This document shows positions 58,497-64,000 of a DNA stretch of 64,000 nt, piece after piece (position 1 is the first letter of the stretch; each line of letters begins with the position of its first letter). Position numbers and translations under genes: made by a program. The notes beneath the pieces were generated by a model. It did not search any database. It was not told the DNA's origin and saw nothing but the letters and a program-made list of their open reading frames with translations. This DNA comes from an uncultured Aquimarina sp. (GTDB lineage Bacteria; Bacteroidota; Bacteroidia; Flavobacteriales; Flavobacteriaceae), in assembly GCA_947498785.1 (NCBI GenBank), contig CANMLS010000005.1, forward strand, positions 150,951-214,950, in the 5' to 3' direction.

Positions 58497-59456
58497 AATT
58501 TTAAATTTGAGGTAAAGTTAGAAGATAAAAATATGCGAAATCTTAACCAAGATTAAGAAATGAAATTAAAAAATTGTACTCGCTAGCGCATAGGTTGAAG
58601 TCAATGATTCTAATCGTACAGAAACGCCAAAAAATGAAAATAAGAAATTACAACTTACAGACTCTGATGTATCATCAGTTGAGGACAAAGTTTGTAGACA
58701 AGGAAGTCCTTAAAACATGAGCAAAAAATCAAGAGAGTCATGATTTTCACAGTATAACATCTGCCATAGCTATTTTCTTATTACTACTACTATAATCTAA
58801 CATTATGCGCCTACAGACGATAAATAGAATCAAGGTGCAATTAAACTTGCCTTATCGAAGATTTTAGTAATAAAGAAAAACAGATTTTGTTCTTTAGAAT
58901 AGTTTACTAATAAACGGATTAAAAATCAAATTTTTTTTATAAATTTCAGTGAATTTATAAGAATTATAATGTACATGAAGAAATGTTAAAAAAGGTTAAT
59001 ATGATCTATTTATTAAGAATCTATTTTATACAAAAAACGAATTCTAATTGAACTGCAACGAATACTAAATCGAGTCGTACAAAATTACTTAAAGGATTAT
59101 TTTTGCCAACTTTAAAATTAAAAAGAAATTTAAACGTCATCATTATATTAAAATCTATAAAAAAGATTTGAACCATTCATTTTTTAAAATAGAAATAGAT
59201 ATAAAAGAAGAAAAAGAAAAGAAACCGTATTTTTCGATTTCAAAGCAAAATTACCCAAGTATTGGTTAAACCTCCACAATATTATTTTGAAAGCAAATCG
59301 AAAAACATAAGACCCTTTATCAACCAAATTCTATAACCAAATGATATTACCTACGAAAAACCTATGTCTAATAAATTTAGAGAGCAAATTTTACAGTAAT
59401 GATTTCATTGGTTAAATGAATTAAAACCTATTCACAAATCATATAAATTTTAAACC

Positions 59457-62087
59457 ATGAAAGTATTATTAGTAAACAAACTTATTATTAAAGTATTAAA
59501 ATACCATATAGGCATATGTACAATATGTCTATTGTTATTTTATAATTTAGGACTCAGTCAAACAAGCCCTACTAACCTCCCCAAGGTAGGAATGGGATTA
59601 GCTGAGGTTAATTATTATTTACCCCATCACCCTTTTAACGATGCGATTAAAACAGTAAGGTGGAGAGATGTTGCTTCTTGGGATTCTAATGGTTTTCCTG
59701 CATCAGCAAATTCGGGAAGAACTGTAGAGGGGCGCATTGGAGCAGGTAATGGAAATCATTTAGATAGCGGGGAGTATGTACTAACCTGGGAAGGAGACGG
59801 TGAGGTAACTTCTACGATAGGAACTTTGGTTAGTGAAGATCTTCAGTCCAATCCTAAGCGTAGAGTTTATAATATTGATGTAAGAGGACGAAGTATTAGG
59901 ATTCGAGTTAGGTCTTTTCCGGCAACTAATATAAAACTTTGGATTCCAGGTCAGGAGAATAGTTCTAGTTTATGGAACCCAGATTATCTATGCTATTTGG
60001 ATGGTGTTAAAGGAGGAGTATTTAGATTCATGAATATGGAAAAATCTAATGAGTCAAGCCAAAAAGATTGGTCAGATAGAACACCTAGAAACTGGTCTAC
60101 TTATGTTAATCAAAATAATAATAGTGCAGGCCATTCAATAAAAGGAGCAGTTGCTTATGAAGCTATGATTGAATTTGCAAACGAAATGCAGACCGATATG
60201 TGGATTTGTTTTCCTCATTTGGTTTCAGATGAGTATGTAAGAAATCTAGCACACTTAATAAAAACAGGTGTGGATTTATCAACAGGTGAACAAACTACAC
60301 AGCCTTTGAATAGTAATCTAGCGGTTTGGCTTGAATACTCGAATGAGGTTTGGAATACTAATTTTTCTCAAACTCATTGGGTCAATGACAATTTACCAGG
60401 TAGTAATTTAGATGAAAAGTATGCTCTCAAATCTGTAGAAATGTTTAATACTTTTAAAAGTCAATTTGGTGATGATGATAGGATTATTAGAGTTTTATCA
60501 ACACATACGGTTAATGGAACTAGAACCCGAAATAGGTTAAATATGGTGGATCGATCTGAATATGATGTTTTAGCTATTACTACTTATTTTCAATACGATT
60601 ATCATAATTATATTTATAACAATTGGAACAATGGTGCGTTAACGCATGAAGATTTTTACAATTATATTGTAAGTCAGATGGGATCTGGTGTTTTCCGAAA
60701 AGATGAGCCTCGAAATTCAGGTATTGCAAGAACATATGAACAAGCTGATTTGTTAAATGTTCCAGTTGTTACATATGAGGGTAACGAACATTTTAATATG
60801 ATTAGAAAAGTAGATACTGATAATGATGGTAGAGCTGATACTCAGATTCAAAACGCAGCTCCTGGTAGTTTAGCTTGGATGCATGATTTTGCGAGATCTG
60901 ATTATATGTATAATTTATTAGAAAGGTTTCAGTTACGTCATGAAGCTTCTGGGTTAAAGACACACGTACCTTACGTGTCAGCATCTGGTTGGAGTCAATA
61001 TGGACAATGGGGATATGCAGAATATGTTGGACAACCAATGAGCGAAGCTACAAAATATAGATGGTTACATGATCATTTCAATCTGGATTACCCTTGTACC
61101 GATACATCATCTTCTTATTTAAATATTTCTGATTCAAGTATTGATTTAGAACACTCTTCAGAAGAGGTAACAGTAGAAGTGACTTCTAATATAGACTGGT
61201 CTGTTTCTAGTAGTCAATCTTGGATAACTATAGACTCCAATAGTGGTACTGCCAATAGCTCTGTTACGATTAATGTTTTAGAAAACACTACTTCAGAAGA
61301 TAGAACAGGAACCATTATTTTTACAGGAGCAGATGTTTCTGATAAAACACTTAGTATTACTCAAAGCGGAGTATCGGCATGTGAGGGAGCAGAATTTATA
61401 GAAACATTTAATGATACTAACTTAGAGCTGTGCTATACGTTTGATAGTTTTATTGGAACAAATGATACAGAATGGGAGTATTCTAATGCAATGAAGGGTG
61501 AGGCAATAGAGGCTGGAGACTCTAACACTATCCTTTTGAATAAAAACGGAGCTAAATTAAGTGCTACAATTCGTGATGGAATATCAGCTATATCTGCGGT
61601 TTGTATGAAAGCAGGAGGAGCTGGAGATGGCGCTCTCGATTTAAAAGTTAATGGAGAGATTGTAGCATCATATTTTAGTTCTGCTAATGATATTATTACA
61701 ATTACGGCAACGGGTCTAGAGGCGAATCCTAACGACAATGTAGAGTTTGTAACTACTGCGGGAAGACCTATCATAATTGATGATATAAGAATAGTAAGTT
61801 GTTTAGAATCAAGCGCATCTTTGTCAGGTGAAATAGGGAATCAAAACAATATACTAAACATGTATCCTAATCCTATTTCAAAAGGTAATATCATTGTAGA
61901 GACCAAAGGATTTGATCGACCAACAATAGAAGTCTATAGAATGCTTGGTGGGAAAACTATATACAGAAAAGAAAACTTATCTAGGTTCGCTACAATCAAT
62001 ATAGATAATATGCTAAAACCTGGGATATATATTGTGCGGATTTTTGATAAGACAACAGAAAAAACACGTAAATTGATTGTAGAGTAA
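59457..62087 (+). CDS. T9SS-secreted protein: N-terminal clan GH-A-like (beta/alpha)8 hydrolase candidate, BACON-like domain (~61115-61372), unknown beta-rich domain, T9SS CTD (~61846-62084)
   Basis: WLEYSNEVWN (the N-E acid/base context of clan GH-A). BACON-like VEVTSNIDWSVSSSQSWITIDSNSGTANSSVTINVLENTTSEDRTGTIIFTG...LSITQSG. The tail is MYPNPISKGNIIV...PGIYIVRIFD...RKLIVE. Confidence 0.65.
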   Translation: MKVLLVNKLIIKVLKYHIGICTICLLLFYNLGLSQTSPTNLPKVGMGLAEVNYYLPHHPFNDAIKTVRWRDVASWDSNGFPASANSGRTVEGRIGAGNGNHLDSGEYVLTWEGDGEVTSTIGTLVSEDLQSNPKRRVYNIDVRGRSIRIRVRSFPATNIKLWIPGQENSSSLWNPDYLCYLDGVKGGVFRFMNMEKSNESSQKDWSDRTPRNWSTYVNQNNNSAGHSIKGAVAYEAMIEFANEMQTDMWICFPHLVSDEYVRNLAHLIKTGVDLSTGEQTTQPLNSNLAVWLEYSNEVWNTNFSQTHWVNDNLPGSNLDEKYALKSVEMFNTFKSQFGDDDRIIRVLSTHTVNGTRTRNRLNMVDRSEYDVLAITTYFQYDYHNYIYNNWNNGALTHEDFYNYIVSQMGSGVFRKDEPRNSGIARTYEQADLLNVPVVTYEGNEHFNMIRKVDTDNDGRADTQIQNAAPGSLAWMHDFARSDYMYNLLERFQLRHEASGLKTHVPYVSASGWSQYGQWGYAEYVGQPMSEATKYRWLHDHFNLDYPCTDTSSSYLNISDSSIDLEHSSEEVTVEVTSNIDWSVSSSQSWITIDSNSGTANSSVTINVLENTTSEDRTGTIIFTGADVSDKTLSITQSGVSACEGAEFIETFNDTNLELCYTFDSFIGTNDTEWEYSNAMKGEAIEAGDSNTILLNKNGAKLSATIRDGISAISAVCMKAGGAGDGALDLKVNGEIVASYFSSANDIITITATGLEANPNDNVEFVTTAGRPIIIDDIRIVSCLESSASLSGEIGNQNNILNMYPNPISKGNIIVETKGFDRPTIEVYRMLGGKTIYRKENLSRFATINIDNMLKPGIYIVRIFDKTTEKTRKLIVE

Positions 62088-62128
62088 CAAAGGAATGAAT
62101 AAAAACCTAGCCCTTTTCATTTCAATCA

Positions 62129-62147
62129 AAAAAGTTTAAATCACTTC
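62129..62147 (+). repeat. Second copy of the 19-nt motif AAAAAGTTTAAATCACTTC (identical to 1911-1929)
   Basis: Exact 19/19 match, and both copies continue with YATATAT. Both lie shortly downstream of a T9SS-CTD protein gene (72 nt and 42 nt after the stop). Confidence 0.8.
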
Positions 62148-62283
62148 TATATATACAAAAGTGAAAAACTATTTAAAAAATCATTTTCTAATATGTATTG
62201 TTTGATATTAAACAATGGCTTTGATCAGAATTGAATTTAAGGTTATTTTAGTATAGATTTTTATTTTCATTCACATAAAAAAT

Positions 62284-62315
62284 AAAACCCCTGTATTTAC
62301 AGGGGTTTTTATGAT
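62284..62315. terminator. Strong hairpin with flanking A/T runs (bidirectional-type intrinsic terminator)
   Basis: AAAACCCCTGT attt ACAGGGGTTTT: an 11-bp perfect stem, including the A/T runs, ending in TTTTT. Confidence 0.6.
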
Positions 62316-62926
62316 TCAAAGTGGAGTCGGAGGGACTATCTATAAACTTGTATCTTATTGATTTACAGATAGTTAAAAGTTGTTTTGGTAAGTTAAGCAC
62401 CGAATTAAGCACCGGATTTTAAGTGCTTGAAAAACAAGTGTTTAAATGATTTTATAGAATGTGAAATATTAGTCTTGAAAAAAAAATCTTCCAATCTTCC
62501 AATAAAAATTGATTATAAAAATCTATGATTTTTTCAAAATTTGATATTTAGTAGCCGGTATTTAAAGCCTGACTATTTCTTTTTTACGGAGAAGTAATAT
62601 TTGGTCTACATACTCTTTTTTTAGTATGTTCTAAGAGGTGTTTTTATATCTGGTATTTATCTGTTCATAATTAAAATTCAAAAATAAGGATTTTTCCAAT
62701 TTGATTCACCAAACTTGTTGAACCAAATTGATAATCATAGTGCGTAATAAAGTATTTATTTTTAAGCAAAATATTAGGCTTTATAGCAAAAAAGGTTTCA
62801 ATGTTAAGTTTGGTTACTTCACTTTTTGTTTGGGTTACTTCACTTAAATGATTAGAAATTTAATCTTAATATCGAACTACTTTCGCTAAGAATTCTAACA
62901 TCATTATTGTTTATAAAATTATAGAT

Positions 62927-63352
62927 ATGTATTGTAATCATTTTATCACAGTTTTTTTGGTTTCCTTTTGTTTTTTAAATGTGCAGGCACAAGATTTGAC
63001 AAAGCAACAGAAAGAAGATTTAAAGTTTAAAGTACACATGTTTACTCATAACGACGAAGAACTTCAGACTTTGTGGTATGAAGACAGAATGGATGAAATG
63101 ATGCTTCAAGGTAAACTGCGGGAGCAATATCAATTAATAGTGAAATACCATGTTTTTAAAATGAAGCAGTTAGACGAAATAGCCAGTTCGCATACTGGTC
63201 CTGAAATGCAGTCCAAACTTAAAGCGCGAGTGAATTTATTAAATGAAGATGTAAAGGACCTTTTAAATAAAGCTCAATTCGAAATTCATAAGAATAGTTG
63301 GGAAGCAATTGTTAGAGGAGTAACTCTTAGAAAAGGTTGGGCTACGAATTAG
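62927..63352 (+). CDS. Small secreted hypothetical protein (141 aa)
   Basis: Signal peptide MYCNHFITVFLVSFCFLNVQAQ followed by a charged helical-looking body. No recognised motif. Confidence 0.5.
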   Translation: MYCNHFITVFLVSFCFLNVQAQDLTKQQKEDLKFKVHMFTHNDEELQTLWYEDRMDEMMLQGKLREQYQLIVKYHVFKMKQLDEIASSHTGPEMQSKLKARVNLLNEDVKDLLNKAQFEIHKNSWEAIVRGVTLRKGWATN

Positions 63353-63403
63353 TGCCAATAAATTACATCTTCAAATATTATTTAACATTTAATTCAATAT
63401 ATT

Positions 63404-64000
63404 ATGATTTGGATAGAATTACTAGTTGTTCTTTTTTTCATCTTTCTGGGTTCAAAACTGGGAAGTATTGGTATTGGTTATGCGGGTGGTGCTGGTGTTG
63501 TTGTTCTTACGTTGGTTTTTGGACTAAAAGCTGGTTCGGTTCCCGTAGATGTAATACTCATTATTATGTCTGTAATAGCTGCCATTGCTGCGATGCAAAA
63601 AGCTGGCGGACTGGATTATCTGGTAAATGTATCTGAAAAGATTCTTAGGAAAAACCCAAAGCGCGTTACCTTTATTGCGCCTACAGTAACCTATTGGATG
63701 ACTTTATTGGCAGGAACAGGTCACACCGCTTATGCTGCTTTACCTGTAATTACAGAAGTAGCTAAAGAAGGCGGCGTAAGACCTTCTAAACCTTTAAGTA
63801 TCTCTGTGGTGGCCTCGCAAATAGCAATTACAGCTTCGCCTATTTCGGCAGCTGTAGTGATTTTTGCAAGTTTTTTAGAGCCTTTAGGAGTGTCGTATTT
63901 ACAATTGCTGGCTGTTGCTATTCCTTCGACTATTTTGGCTTGCTTGGTTGGAGCTATTGTTTCTAATAAACTAGGAAAACCCCTGGATGAGGATCCAGAA
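63404..64000 (+). CDS. Anaerobic C4-dicarboxylate transporter DcuA/DcuB family, 3' end beyond the window (not in the supplied ORF track)
   Basis: My own translation from the ATG at 63404 gives MIWIELLVVLFFIFLGSKLGSIGIGYAGGAGVVVLTLVFGLKAGSVPVDVILIIMSVIAAIAAMQKAGGLDYLVNVSEKILRKNPKRVTFIAPTVTYWMTLLAGTGHTAYAALPVI... The frame is open to nt 64000. It parallels E. coli DcuB (..PPVDVMLVI.AVV.A.ATLQASGGLD....AEKLLR.NPK.V.I.AP.VT....L.GTGH..Y..LP.I). Confidence 0.8.
   Translation, partial: MIWIELLVVLFFIFLGSKLGSIGIGYAGGAGVVVLTLVFGLKAGSVPVDVILIIMSVIAAIAAMQKAGGLDYLVNVSEKILRKNPKRVTFIAPTVTYWMTLLAGTGHTAYAALPVITEVAKEGGVRPSKPLSISVVASQIAITASPISAAVVIFASFLEPLGVSYLQLLAVAIPSTILACLVGAIVSNKLGKPLDEDPE

Noticed and set aside
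62322-62337. TGGAGTCGGAGGGACT reads on the minus strand as ...AGTCCCTCCGACTCCA, resembling a tRNA 3' end (T-stem half + acceptor stem + CCA). This could be an integrase att-site relic next to the strong hairpin.
   Set aside because: No T-loop (GTTCRA), matching T-stem 5' half, anticodon arm or D-arm can be found in the adjacent 80 nt, and no integrase gene is nearby. A 16-nt resemblance is too weak. It would only become interesting if a full tRNA gene ending in this sequence exists elsewhere in the genome.
63337-63636. 99-aa Cys/Trp-rich ORF in the track
   Set aside because: It overlaps, in another frame, a much better gene starting at 63404 whose translation is a clear DcuA/DcuB transporter N-terminus. 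The odd composition is a frame artefact.

Overview
AT-rich window with Bacteroidetes/Flavobacteriia hallmarks: T9SS Por-type C-terminal sorting tails, GH16 galactanases and a UpxY/NusG-like regulator. Three blocks are visible. (1) nt 1-9163 is a red-algal-galactan style catabolic block: two GH16 enzymes sharing a duplicated CBM6-like+T9SS-tail cassette, a PfkB sugar-acid kinase, a KDPG-type aldolase, and a secreted FN3 + beta-propeller hydrolase-like protein. (2) nt 9272-11131 holds small hypothetical genes and a GNAT acetyltransferase. (3) nt 11607-57225 is a ~45.6 kb, single-strand, apparently intact hybrid PKS/NRPS lipopeptide gene cluster, and is the main item. It contains a NusG-like regulator, an SbnA/SbnB-like pair (L-2,3-diaminopropionate supply), a class-III aminotransferase (likely 2,4-diaminobutyrate supply), four megasynthase genes (~38 kb), an MFS exporter, a type II thioesterase and an Sfp-type PPTase. 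The megasynthase domain order is FAAL-ACP-KS-AT-ACP-AmT-C-A-T, then 2, 4(+E) and 2(+TE) NRPS modules. Hand-derived A-domain codes predict a beta-amino-fatty-acyl cationic nonapeptide: diamino acid-Phe-diamino acid-Thr-Leu-like-diamino acid-D-Leu-like-Val-like-Asp. A decayed IS200/IS605 tnpA sits at the 3' edge of the cluster. Downstream are an azoreductase-like gene, another T9SS cargo protein (GH clan-A-like + BACON), a small secreted protein and the 5' part of a DcuA/DcuB-type C4-dicarboxylate transporter that is missing from the ORF track. No rRNA, complete tRNA or CRISPR array was seen. All domain boundaries are approximate, placed by eye from core motifs. No HMM or database search was possible, so novelty claims are unverified.
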